Virus record (IMG/VR): IMGVR_UViG_3300017987_000005
Coordinates: 41,157-105,156 of that record
Source of the DNA: a virus
Length of the DNA: 64,000 nt
Reading direction: 5' to 3' (one strand)
The position numbers and the translations under genes are program-made. Under the pieces are notes generated by a model. The model was not told the DNA's origin and made no database searches. It worked only from the letters and a program-made list of their open reading frames with translations. Below, piece by piece: positions 26,292 through 35,323 of this stretch; the stretch's first letter is position 1, and each line of letters starts with the position of its first letter.

Positions 26292-26533
26292 GCCGTAACT
26301 CCTTCCTCTACAGGTACTAAAAGACCAGTCGCAAGGTCGGGAACTTCCGCTATCCGTGCGAACTGGTCAGCCGGCTCGAATTCGGCAATGACATCATCAC
26401 CGTAGTGCCGGTAAGCAATACTGGTCTGGTCGGAGTCGAGAAAATACGAAATCATCTCACCCCGTCTGATGCGTACATTCACACGCATCCGCCCCTCATC
26501 ATCTTCAACTAACGTAGCGATTGCTCGCGCCAT
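26288..26533 (-). CDS. hypothetical protein
   Basis: leader AAGGAGACG preceded by palindromic operator. Confidence 0.7.
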   Translation of the reverse strand: MARAIATLVEDDEGRMRVNVRIRRGEMISYFLDSDQTSIAYRHYGDDVIAEFEPADQFARIAEVPDLATGLLVPVEEGVTA

Positions 26534-26545
26534 AATACGTCTCCT

Positions 26546-26561
26546 TTGCAAGTGATTGCAA
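26546..26561. promoter_or_regulatory. TTGCAA-N4-TTGCAA palindrome between promoter and RBS
   Basis: TTGCAAGTGATTGCAA; one of at least 12 copies. Confidence 0.65.
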
Positions 26562-26582
26562 TTAACTTAAACATACACTTAT

Positions 26583-26610
26583 ATTATATCATATAAAAGT
26601 AATTAGTCAA
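26583..26610 (-). promoter_or_regulatory. sigma70-type promoter
   Basis: TTGACT-16-TG.TATAAT. Confidence 0.75.
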
Positions 26611-26759
26611 GGGAAAAATAAAACAACTTCCGACCGTATATGTGCGGATTCGACCACCATTACGAGCGATTCCGCACGCAAATACACAAGAAATAAAAAG
26701 CCCCCGTGCAGGGCAAGCAATCCTACACGAGGGCCAGGGAAAGGAGGTGCGAGGTGTGA

Positions 26760-27131
26760 TTAACTCTTTCGGTTGTTAAACCACCTCGCGGGCTTGGCAG
26801 TCTGTGGCTGTGGGTACTTCCCGAGCAAATCCTCCAGGGCCTCGGCTGCTTCTTTCGGAATTTCGTCCAGGAACCCCTGGATAACTCCGTAGTGCTTGTA
26901 CCCCAGGCGCAACAGTCTGTCAATATATCCACTATAGTCGTGCTTCTTACTGATATAAAGACTTCTCGCACTTGCCTCGCGAAGTCGGTGGACTGATGCT
27001 CGGTTAAGCTGCCCTCCCGCAACGCGTGCTCTGAATGTCGGCTTATCCTCACCCTTCTTGTGCTTCTTCATAACGACAGAGAAGTCGGCAGGTGTCTTGC
27101 CGTTATCCCGAATATAAATATGTGCTCTCAT
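26760..27131 (-). CDS. WFNN-tag protein
   Basis: ends ...KPARWFNNRKS. Confidence 0.75.
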   Translation of the reverse strand: MRAHIYIRDNGKTPADFSVVMKKHKKGEDKPTFRARVAGGQLNRASVHRLREASARSLYISKKHDYSGYIDRLLRLGYKHYGVIQGFLDEIPKEAAEALEDLLGKYPQPQTAKPARWFNNRKS

Positions 27132-27140
27132 ATCACTCTC

Positions 27141-27584
27141 CTATCCCGTAACCGCGTCCAAGAACTTCATCATACTTCTATTACCTAGCGCACTCACGCA
27201 GCCATCCCAAAAGGGCACTTCGATGTGCATTAAGACTGCATTGTCAAGTTTCCGCATCAGGTACAGGATGTGGCCCGAATACTTGTCGTTCTTCTCGAAC
27301 TGTTCATCCTGAACCGATATCATCGCGAATGCTTTGAGAACATCCGTGATAATCTGAATAGCCGGCTTCGATAGTGCGACCTCACTCTCAATAACTATGA
27401 TTGGCTGTCTACCCGACACTGTCTTGAGGTCGGTAACTACTTTCTGTATTCCATACATCCCGAGCACCGTCAACACGTTGGTCATCCGGTCACTTATGAC
27501 GACCAGCTCCCTGTATTCATTATCCGGCAACCCGTTCTCACGAAGAACGTTCAGGAGTTTCTCTACATTTTTGTTCTGCATCAA
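27141..27584 (-). CDS. hypothetical protein
   Basis: 147-aa ORF, overlapping stop/start. Confidence 0.7.
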   Translation of the reverse strand: MMQNKNVEKLLNVLRENGLPDNEYRELVVISDRMTNVLTVLGMYGIQKVVTDLKTVSGRQPIIVIESEVALSKPAIQIITDVLKAFAMISVQDEQFEKNDKYSGHILYLMRKLDNAVLMHIEVPFWDGCVSALGNRSMMKFLDAVTG

Positions 27585-28465
27585 CCACTCCAGTGAAAGA
27601 AATAGTTTTCAGGGTCATCCTGCGCCAAAACATAGTCGCAGACTTCTTCAACGACTTCAAGCGCTTCGATGTACCACTGGTATGCTTCCTTATTTTCAGC
27701 GATAGCATAAATGGTAGGTATCTCCCCGCCCATGAAATGTTTAGATGTCCCCTTTACGAATCCGAATACCTTGATTCCCTCAAGAAAATAGTCTCCCGTA
27801 CCCGTGGAATATGAGGAAAATCCGCTCGGCTTTCCATCATCACCCTTGTGATTCTCCAACTGTTTGACGAACTCCTGCATCGCCTCCTGCTTTGAATAGG
27901 CAGGTTTGCGAGGATTCTCGTCGCCTCGCTTGGTATCGCTTTCAGTCAATCCCTTCAACCACGAAATGTTGACATCCATTTCCATTGCCCGGTACTTCCC
28001 GAAGTCGCTTTCAGCAAGTTTCTTCAACTGCTCAATAGCGAGCCGGGCGCGTTCTTTCGACGCCTCCCAGTCAGGTGTGAACATATATTCATCATTATCT
28101 TTCCCGAAGATGTCATAAAGGTCGGGAACCCCCAGGTCACGAAATACTGAGTTCATCCCGCCACTGTTGTATGAACTGCGGAAATATCCGACCGTAAACA
28201 TGTGGTCAGGGTGAATTTTGCTCGGTTCGTTAACCCCTTCTTCAATATGGTCAGGGACGCTCCCCCACTCATCCAACCCGAGCGACTTAGCCAGCTCATC
28301 TGTTTTCTTGCTGACCGCATCTCGTTCTTCGTCGGTGAGGTCGTCATACTCGCCGGCTTCCTTCCACATCTTTTCAGATTTCTTCTCGTACTCTTCCTGT
28401 TTCTCGCGCCACGGCTTCAAATCCTCTGTAGCGTGATAAAGATAGATATCCAAGCCCATTTTCAC
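27581..28465 (-). CDS. conserved phage protein (MGLD.YL type)
   Basis: MGLDIYLY...GYFRSSYNSGG...FHWSG. Confidence 0.75.
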   Translation of the reverse strand: MKMGLDIYLYHATEDLKPWREKQEEYEKKSEKMWKEAGEYDDLTDEERDAVSKKTDELAKSLGLDEWGSVPDHIEEGVNEPSKIHPDHMFTVGYFRSSYNSGGMNSVFRDLGVPDLYDIFGKDNDEYMFTPDWEASKERARLAIEQLKKLAESDFGKYRAMEMDVNISWLKGLTESDTKRGDENPRKPAYSKQEAMQEFVKQLENHKGDDGKPSGFSSYSTGTGDYFLEGIKVFGFVKGTSKHFMGGEIPTIYAIAENKEAYQWYIEALEVVEEVCDYVLAQDDPENYFFHWSG

Positions 28466-28505
28466 TCTCCTTCTGAAAAAGTCCTGTCTCCAAAGTAATA
28501 CTTAT

Positions 28506-28533
28506 ATTATAGCATATAAATGTAATATGTCAA
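28506..28533 (-). promoter_or_regulatory. sigma70-type promoter
   Basis: TTGACA-16-TG.TATAAT. Confidence 0.8.
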
Positions 28534-28542
28534 GGTCAAAAT

Positions 28543-29196
28543 AAAAAAATTAAGGGCCGGTGACAGAAAGGACCGCTAATCCCTCTCCGTCCCGGCCCCC
28601 GGCAGGTCTCTGACGCTCGGCTTCAGCTTACCACTAGGGGAATCGGCTTCGCATCTATCTGACGGCACGTTCAACTGCGGCCTCTGATAGGCATGGTCTT
28701 TGGCAACGGTCTCGTTTAGGCACGTCTGCTTAATCGGAGAAACTGGCACTTAGACATCTACCCCTCGCAATGAGGCGTCTGACAGTCCCGCCCTTCATCG
28801 TCGGTCCCTATGCGCGGGCCTTGACAACTACTCGGCGACACGGGTGGGGGTTTGCGCACTGTCCACCTTTTTTTAATCACTCTAAATATAAAAGAGCTTA
28901 GCACCTTCGACCTCTCCAGGTGTACCTGGTTAATGAGGCGTAGCAGGTTCGGCTCTATTGCGGTCGTAAAGGGGGGCAAGGGCATCCCGAAGGCTCTCCC
29001 TTCGGTTTTCGGAACCACTAATCTCCGGCTCCTCCACCCCCCAGTCATACTGCATTGGACTGTTTGTATAATAGTCCACGGCTCACCCTTACGTCGAATG
29101 GAGGGAGAATCTATCAGCCCATTTATTTAAGGGCGAGTTCTATACGCCGTCGCTTGTCAGGGAGCCTAAGCAGGGGTGGTCTGTTTTCAAAGAGCT
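28543..29196 (-). ncRNA. candidate large structured non-coding RNA (~650 nt)
   Basis: no credible CDS; boxA-like GCTCTTTGAAAAC at 5' end; several hairpins; 3' long G-U-containing stem plus U-tract. Confidence 0.55.
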
Positions 29197-29325
29197 ATTG
29201 CAATCACTTGCAATAATCCTCAGAGCCGCTCAGAGGCGTTCTAAGGCTTTAATAGGTCAGTATGAATAACGGCTCATTTCAAGGTCACTTCTCTTAATCT
29301 GGGCTCATTCTGGGCTCACAGCACC

Positions 29326-29751
29326 CTAAATTAAGAACTTCTCCTTGCAACAGGAGCACTGAAACAGAGAATCATCCCTTGAAGGCAATTCGTACTCGTC
29401 CACCCGCTCTACATATTTGCAGTATGGGCAGGTGACGTCAGCCATCTCTATCCACTCGACTTCGCCACGCAAAACAGCGATGTGTTTACGTTTTCCTGAG
29501 AACTTCAGTCCCCGTACTCTGCCATCCCGGAACTTATACGTTCCGCTGAAGTGTATGCAACACTCACTTGACACGTACTCACCGTCCTGAAATACGGTGA
29601 CTTCAGCATCTTTGTGGCAAAACGGACACTCTGCCGTGTGGTGGTATGCAGATTCAGTATTTCCCGTGCACTGCGACTCGACTTCGATAGTCGTGGTGAC
29701 CAGAGCTTTCTCTTCATCCTTAACGGCTACTTCCCCAAATAATGTTTCCAT
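29326..29751 (-). CDS. Zn-ribbon hypothetical protein
   Basis: CPFC, CPYC, CSCC; start METLF with SD GGAGGGTGA. Confidence 0.7.
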   Translation of the reverse strand: METLFGEVAVKDEEKALVTTTIEVESQCTGNTESAYHHTAECPFCHKDAEVTVFQDGEYVSSECCIHFSGTYKFRDGRVRGLKFSGKRKHIAVLRGEVEWIEMADVTCPYCKYVERVDEYELPSRDDSLFQCSCCKEKFLI

Positions 29752-29755
29752 CTTC

Positions 29756-30256
29756 TCACCCTCCATATAGTCCAAACTTATTGTCGTTGCCTCCAAACGA
29801 ACTGTCAATCAGTCCGGATATCTTCCCGGACGTAGACGAATCAGTCCATGTAATCGTAACAGAATCACCGGTCCCATCATCAATCCCCGGAACCCAAGGC
29901 GCGGGTTCGTACGGAACGTATGGATAAACAGGCTCAGCCGGCACTGCTGGGATAGATATTGGAACAATCACTGGCCTGCTCTTCAGGTCTGCCACTTCCC
30001 GCTCCAGCTCCTCGACCCGCTCCTTCAACTCCTCCAGTGATAATTCCTCCGTACCTCGTGGCTTCGCGTCGCCACCAGCAGCAGGCTTGGCTTCTTTGGG
30101 TGCATCCGGCACAACGGGCTCGAACCACGGGGCAGGGCGCTGTGCCGCACAGAAATTTATCGCTACGATGTCACGTATCGACCCGTTATAATTATGTGAA
30201 ACAAGGTATGCTTTATTATCCGGCATGTACGGGTTAACCACGACTGGTATGTTCAT
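29756..30256 (-). CDS. hypothetical protein (Pro-rich, short coiled coil)
   Basis: 166-aa ORF in operon. Confidence 0.65.
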   Translation of the reverse strand: MNIPVVVNPYMPDNKAYLVSHNYNGSIRDIVAINFCAAQRPAPWFEPVVPDAPKEAKPAAGGDAKPRGTEELSLEELKERVEELEREVADLKSRPVIVPISIPAVPAEPVYPYVPYEPAPWVPGIDDGTGDSVTITWTDSSTSGKISGLIDSSFGGNDNKFGLYGG

Positions 30257-30549
30257 TGGGTACCTCTTTCCCTCAAATACTTTATCACCTGATAGATAAT
30301 GGCGAATAAAAAGCAGACTGCCATCATTGCATAAACGTCTCGTGGAGTATCGGGGTTATAATCACTGTTACCGAACTTCTCCCCCCGAGGCACCTGCTCG
30401 AATCCGAAATGTCGTTTATCATCCTCACCGCGCATAAACGAGTCGTCACGAACGTGAACGTCACCATCGCAGTCAGGAAAATCCTCACGTTTCGGTATTA
30501 CCAAGTCCTCAACATAATCTTCTTGGTCGCCATCAAGTATATCGCCCAT
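30253..30549 (-). CDS. small membrane protein
   Basis: acidic N-terminus and C-terminal TM segment. Confidence 0.7.
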   Translation of the reverse strand: MGDILDGDQEDYVEDLVIPKREDFPDCDGDVHVRDDSFMRGEDDKRHFGFEQVPRGEKFGNSDYNPDTPRDVYAMMAVCFLFAIIYQVIKYLRERGTQ

Positions 30550-30581
30550 AACTTATCCTCCGACTAATAAAGCATATTATA

Positions 30582-30609
30582 ATTATATCATATAATCATA
30601 ATATGTCAA
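30582..30609 (-). promoter_or_regulatory. sigma70-type promoter
   Basis: TTGACA-16-TG.TATAAT. Confidence 0.8.
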
Positions 30610-30618
30610 GTCTTTTTT

Positions 30619-33063
30619 TCACATCCCCGCCTTTCGCACACTTTTTAACCCCTTCAAGAAGCCGGATATCTTCGTGTACGCAGTCTTAACAAGTTCGCTC
30701 ACCTTATCAACTTTGCAATGGTTCGTATAGTAACGACCGACACTTGAGTACTGAACTCCGATGCAGAACAGATTGATTTCGCCGCTATCCTCTATCTGTC
30801 GGGCAACCTGTATCAAATCTTCATCGGGATTGTATCGAGCATACCCCGCCGGCGCTCCATCGCAGATTACGATTAACAGTTTCTTGCTTTCCTTGCGCTC
30901 TGCCAATCTCCTGGCGGCCCATCGTAAACTCTCACCGTCAAGGTTCTGATAAAGCAGTACCTCGGGCAGACTTCCCATCGCACCTTTGGTCTTATGGTCT
31001 AATTTCCGTTCAAACGGTTTTACGACATAGCCGAGCAGTGGGCTCACTCTGGTGTACCCTTCTTTGTAGTGATGGCTCCCGCCTCCGACTTGGGTGAATC
31101 CGAGAACTTCAAACGGTACCCCGACTAAGTTCAATGTTTCCGACAGAATAATAGCAACATCCGTTGCCGTCTGTATCTTGCTTCCCGACATCGAACCGGA
31201 GCAGTCAACGAGCAGAGTAACCGCAGCATCAAGTTCAATCTTCCGCCGCTTCTGCTTGAACAAATCTTCTTCTTTGAATGCGACCCTGAATAAATCCCTG
31301 TCATTAATCGTACCCTGCTTCTGTCGCTTTGTCCACTTCTTAGGATTGCCGAGCAAGTCCATCAGCAGTCTCCGCCGGAGCACATTAACATCGCCCCTCA
31401 GTTCTTGGACATTCTTAGTGTATCGCTCGAACCCCCGCTCCCTCGCGTCCGCCGCATGCGTATGCGGATATACTTTTCCCAACGCAGCCGGGTCTCTCTC
31501 AGCAACAAGGTCTACCTCCCGGTCGTCATTGATGTAAGGTATCACAGTTTCCCCACGATAGCCGGAATCAACTTTGTCAGTAATAATCAGTTTGCTAACC
31601 TTATCATAAAGCACGCTTTCAGCAGTCACGCCCCCATCTGCTCCACTGCTCTGCTGAGCAATGCCTCCGATAGTTTCATCAAGTTTATCTTTAACTTCCT
31701 GCCGCTTCTCCTCGATGCTTTTTTCTTCTTCCTCTACCCCGTCTTCTTCACTCTCCTCACCATCAGGACTCCCGTCGCCATCACCGTCCCCTTCTTCGGC
31801 TTCCTCCTCACCCTCGTCATCATCAAAATCCTCATCCTCGCCATCATCATCCCAACCATCTTCCTCATAATCCTCTTCGCCCCACTCGTCCCAATCCTTT
31901 TCCTCTTCACCTTCCTCTTCGTCCTCTACCTCCCCTTCATCATCTGCTCCACTATCAGAACCTTCTCCATCAGAGGATGAATCCTCGGCCTCGTCTCCGT
32001 CTTCGCCTTCAGCAGAATCAGAAGTTCCCTCAGCCTCTTCAGTTTCTTCACTATCATCTCCGCCTCCTCCGGATTCATCTTCCCCTTCGCCGGCTCCTTC
32101 ATCTTCGCCCTCCTCACTGCAATCACTTGCAGAACTATCGTCACCTTTATCTTTTCTCATATCAATTTCTTCAACTTCCCCCGGACCGGAACTATCCTTT
32201 TCCTGCTCCCCCTCACCTTTACCTTCCCCGTCCTCGGATTTGTCGCTCTTGCTCTTTTTCCCCTTGCCTCCCTTTGAGGACTTCCCGCCAGACTCAGAAC
32301 TCTCACTATCCCCATCAGCCTCAGAAGAACTCCCCTGTCCCTGACCGGACTGGCTTTCCCCTTCCTGTCCTTCCTCACCCTCTCCCCCATACGGGTTCGG
32401 CACTTCGACCTGACTGATATAGTCCTTCAAAATTTCAGTCATTTCCATTGAGAGGTTAACTACCTCCTCAGTACTGCGAACTGACTTCGCCCGCTCCAAC
32501 TGCTCCTTCACCATGTCCACGAATTTCGGGTACATCGGGCTGACCTCTTCTCCACGACTGTCAATATACTCAATATCGTCCGGCCTGTGGGTTCTTGTCA
32601 TACGCATACCGAGCAGAAGCAGGGCACGTTCGTTATCATCGCAACCCTCCTTGTCTCGGATATTACTGCAAATGTCCTCTTTATAGAGCGCCTGATTGTG
32701 AATGAAGTCAAGGTTTCGGGCTACGCCGAGAGCCTTCTCCCCCATCAGCTTATCGACCCTGGCATCTTCCATTGCATTACTGAAAAAATGGACAATCCCC
32801 GCGCCGATTATTTTCTTCCGTTTGTAAACACCCATGTCGGTGTCATTAACGTGACCGGACTCATGGTCAACAAGACCTCGAAGCATATTGATTGCTTCAT
32901 CACTCAAGTCCGCCGGAAGTGGTGGCAGATGTATGATACCATGCTTGTTAGGCTCAGTATATGCTCCGCCCTTCGTGTCGTAAAGGATACGAACACGTTT
33001 GCCGGCACAGACACGTGCAGCCGCTTGCTGTCCGACTTCTAACATTCTTGCTAACTTACTCAT
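30619..33063 (-). CDS. cobT: CobT-like vWA (MIDAS) protein with N-terminal HExxH domain and long acidic linker
   Basis: HESGH; NAMEDARVD; E/D/G/S-rich middle; LLVDCSGSM, EVLGFT, DGESL.WA..RL, LIVICDGAP. Confidence 0.8.
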   Translation of the reverse strand: MSKLARMLEVGQQAAARVCAGKRVRILYDTKGGAYTEPNKHGIIHLPPLPADLSDEAINMLRGLVDHESGHVNDTDMGVYKRKKIIGAGIVHFFSNAMEDARVDKLMGEKALGVARNLDFIHNQALYKEDICSNIRDKEGCDDNERALLLLGMRMTRTHRPDDIEYIDSRGEEVSPMYPKFVDMVKEQLERAKSVRSTEEVVNLSMEMTEILKDYISQVEVPNPYGGEGEEGQEGESQSGQGQGSSSEADGDSESSESGGKSSKGGKGKKSKSDKSEDGEGKGEGEQEKDSSGPGEVEEIDMRKDKGDDSSASDCSEEGEDEGAGEGEDESGGGGDDSEETEEAEGTSDSAEGEDGDEAEDSSSDGEGSDSGADDEGEVEDEEEGEEEKDWDEWGEEDYEEDGWDDDGEDEDFDDDEGEEEAEEGDGDGDGSPDGEESEEDGVEEEEKSIEEKRQEVKDKLDETIGGIAQQSSGADGGVTAESVLYDKVSKLIITDKVDSGYRGETVIPYINDDREVDLVAERDPAALGKVYPHTHAADARERGFERYTKNVQELRGDVNVLRRRLLMDLLGNPKKWTKRQKQGTINDRDLFRVAFKEEDLFKQKRRKIELDAAVTLLVDCSGSMSGSKIQTATDVAIILSETLNLVGVPFEVLGFTQVGGGSHHYKEGYTRVSPLLGYVVKPFERKLDHKTKGAMGSLPEVLLYQNLDGESLRWAARRLAERKESKKLLIVICDGAPAGYARYNPDEDLIQVARQIEDSGEINLFCIGVQYSSVGRYYTNHCKVDKVSELVKTAYTKISGFLKGLKSVRKAGM

Positions 33064-33111
33064 TTGTTCACCCTCCGAATATATGAGTATCTTAACTAAA
33101 TATACAATTAT

Positions 33112-33139
33112 ATTATATCATATAATTGCAATAAGTCAA
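33112..33139 (-). promoter_or_regulatory. sigma70-type promoter
   Basis: TTGACT-16-TG.TATAAT. Confidence 0.75.
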
Positions 33140-33226
33140 GCAGATTTTCAAACAACTTCTCACCCTTAGTTAAGGGGCGGAGGTCTGCATCCCCCGCCCC
33201 TTCATTTGCGAAGAACGGAGGGTGAC

Positions 33227-34408
33227 CTATTCTTCGCTCGTGCCCATCCTGTCGCTCATATCAATCGGGTCTTTAGCTATCCGCTGATAAATCTCAGCAA
33301 GCGCCATCGCGTCCTCGTCCGTGCATTTATTCAGCACCGCGACTTTGAACGCATCGACCATCGTCCATCCCTTCCCGATAAGCTTCGCCGTGGCGATACT
33401 TTTCCGAAGGCTGAATGTAGTCATAATATCCTGACCGAAGCTCGCACGTGCAGCCGTGGCAATCTTCGTTAATGATTTCGCTTGCGCCTGTCCGATTCCG
33501 GTTCTCCTGCGGAGCACCTTTATCTCGTCTGACTGTGACAGGTAATTGATGCGGAACACTCCCAACCATCTATCAAGGAAGGCTTCGTCAAGTATCTGCC
33601 GACTCCGATAGATGTCTGCTTGGTCACCTCGTCCTGCGGTATTCGAGGTGGCGACCACTGCGAATCCTGGAGCCGCTTTGACGCGCTCACCGTGGTTCTT
33701 GGAAACAATGAGGTCTTTACCTTCCAGAACTCGTTGGAGTACGAACAGAATTCCCTGCTCCGCCACGTCCAACTCGTCAATCTGAAGCACCAATCCCTCA
33801 CGCATTGACTGCGTAAGCGGACCATCGGTAAATACGGTTTCCATCACACCGTCACCGTTGTCTTTCAGACTGATGTGTCCGATGAAGTCATCGACCGTGG
33901 TTTCCTCGGTCATATTGAATGGAAGTACTTTCCGACCGAGCTTGTGTTTGATAACACGTTCAAGCAGGTCTGTTTTCCCCGTGCCGGCAGGTCCGATTAA
34001 GAGAACGGGAAACCCCTCCTCAATCAGTTCGACTACCTTGGGGGTGCATTCGGGATAGATATAGAAATCCGAATCGGCATCGCCGTCGAACTCCTTACCT
34101 TCCCTGAGTGTGGGTGTCGGCTGACCCTTAATCCCTTTATAGGATTTAGGAGTAACCTTGACATTGAGAGTACTCTCAGTCACCCACGCAAGTTTCACAC
34201 CGGGAATCGTAAGGTCGGTTATTTCAGAAATGACGTCTGCCTTGAGACCCTTCTCACGCAAATCATCATCCGCGACCTCGAAATCGGTGCACCCGACTTC
34301 AGCGATAAACTCGTGCAGAACGAGCTTCGCCTCTTCCTTACGCATCTGGTCGATTGCCGACTCAGACTTTGTGGCAAATCCTGCCAGTTTTTTGTCGTCC
34401 ATCTTCAC
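33227..34408 (-). CDS. cobS: CobS/CbbQ/MoxR-type AAA+ ATPase
   Basis: GPAGTGKT Walker A, LQIDELD Walker B, ATSNT.G.GD, LDEAFLDRW, FSLRK; next to vWA partner. Confidence 0.85.
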   Translation of the reverse strand: MKMDDKKLAGFATKSESAIDQMRKEEAKLVLHEFIAEVGCTDFEVADDDLREKGLKADVISEITDLTIPGVKLAWVTESTLNVKVTPKSYKGIKGQPTPTLREGKEFDGDADSDFYIYPECTPKVVELIEEGFPVLLIGPAGTGKTDLLERVIKHKLGRKVLPFNMTEETTVDDFIGHISLKDNGDGVMETVFTDGPLTQSMREGLVLQIDELDVAEQGILFVLQRVLEGKDLIVSKNHGERVKAAPGFAVVATSNTAGRGDQADIYRSRQILDEAFLDRWLGVFRINYLSQSDEIKVLRRRTGIGQAQAKSLTKIATAARASFGQDIMTTFSLRKSIATAKLIGKGWTMVDAFKVAVLNKCTDEDAMALAEIYQRIAKDPIDMSDRMGTSEE

Positions 34409-34436
34409 CCTCCTTTAGAAAAAAGAAATGGACTGG

Positions 34437-34979
34437 TTATTCTTCACCCTCCTCGGCATCCTTGCCGGTAAGGGCATCAACATCATCATTGAAATCCGTA
34501 CTGAACACGACCCGAACGAGAACTGTAGCGGTCTCGCGACCTTCGTCAATCGGCACAATTACCGATGTCCACATCAGTTTCCGTTCATCACTTTCCGAAA
34601 CGATGTCAAACCGTTCCGCTATGCCGTCATTCTCGGGGCAGTATTGAACAAAATCGTTCCCACCGAACTGCTCCTTGGCATAATTTTCAAGGAACTTCTT
34701 CACCGCTTCGATTTGGTCTTCGCCCCGCAGTCTCGTCTGATTATCTTGCGGAGATACTTTTCCCCCGACCATCTCGATGTGTTTACAGTGACCACGGTTC
34801 TCAAATCCCTGACAGTCACAAGAGGCAATACCTTCCTCGGTTTCCTCATTGTATTCTGTAGTGATAGAATACGTGGCCTCCGTCTTTACAGTTCGCTTGT
34901 TGACTTTGCGAACCTCCCACTTCCCGACCTCTAGGAAGTCACAGATATACATTAGGTCTTTTTTAATCTCGCCTCCCAT
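34437..34979 (-). CDS. SWIM Zn-finger protein
   Basis: SCDCQGFENRGHCKHI. Confidence 0.75.
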   Translation of the reverse strand: MGGEIKKDLMYICDFLEVGKWEVRKVNKRTVKTEATYSITTEYNEETEEGIASCDCQGFENRGHCKHIEMVGGKVSPQDNQTRLRGEDQIEAVKKFLENYAKEQFGGNDFVQYCPENDGIAERFDIVSESDERKLMWTSVIVPIDEGRETATVLVRVVFSTDFNDDVDALTGKDAEEGEE

Positions 34980-35035
34980 TTGCTCACCCTCCTATAAAAG
35001 AATTATGGGAAACATTAAACTTAAACAACACTTAT

Positions 35036-35063
35036 ATTATAGCATACAAAAGTAATAAGTCAA
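35036..35063 (-). promoter_or_regulatory. sigma70-type promoter
   Basis: TTGACT-16-TG.TATAAT. Confidence 0.75.
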
Positions 35064-35083
35064 GGATTATTTCAGAAAACTTT

Positions 35084-35323
35084 CTACCCCTCCGATTCCT
35101 CGCTACCCCGTGACTTCACGTGACCACCGCCCATAGCTTGTCCCACTGCGGTCAGCACATATCCGGTTAGGAACATAAGCATGACCACCAGGTCCATAAT
35201 AGCTTCCTGGGTATTCTGTGGTACGAGGTTACCTCCGTACGTGATGGTCAAGGCGAGACCCAGTAATACTGCTCCTATCAGTAACTTGACTCCCGCCTTG
35301 AATAACGCGTGACCGTCCATCAT
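35084..35323 (-). CDS. small two-TM membrane protein
   Basis: two hydrophobic stretches. Confidence 0.7.
   Translation of the reverse strand: MMDGHALFKAGVKLLIGAVLLGLALTITYGGNLVPQNTQEAIMDLVVMLMFLTGYVLTAVGQAMGGGHVKSRGSEESEG

Noticed and set aside
28543-29196. tmRNA, RNase P RNA, tRNA or hammerhead assignment for the ncRNA candidate
   Set aside because: No tRNA-like acceptor ends with CCA, no GAGGAAAGUCC RNase P motif and no CUGAUGA/GAAA core were seen. No tRNA genes were recognised anywhere in the window.
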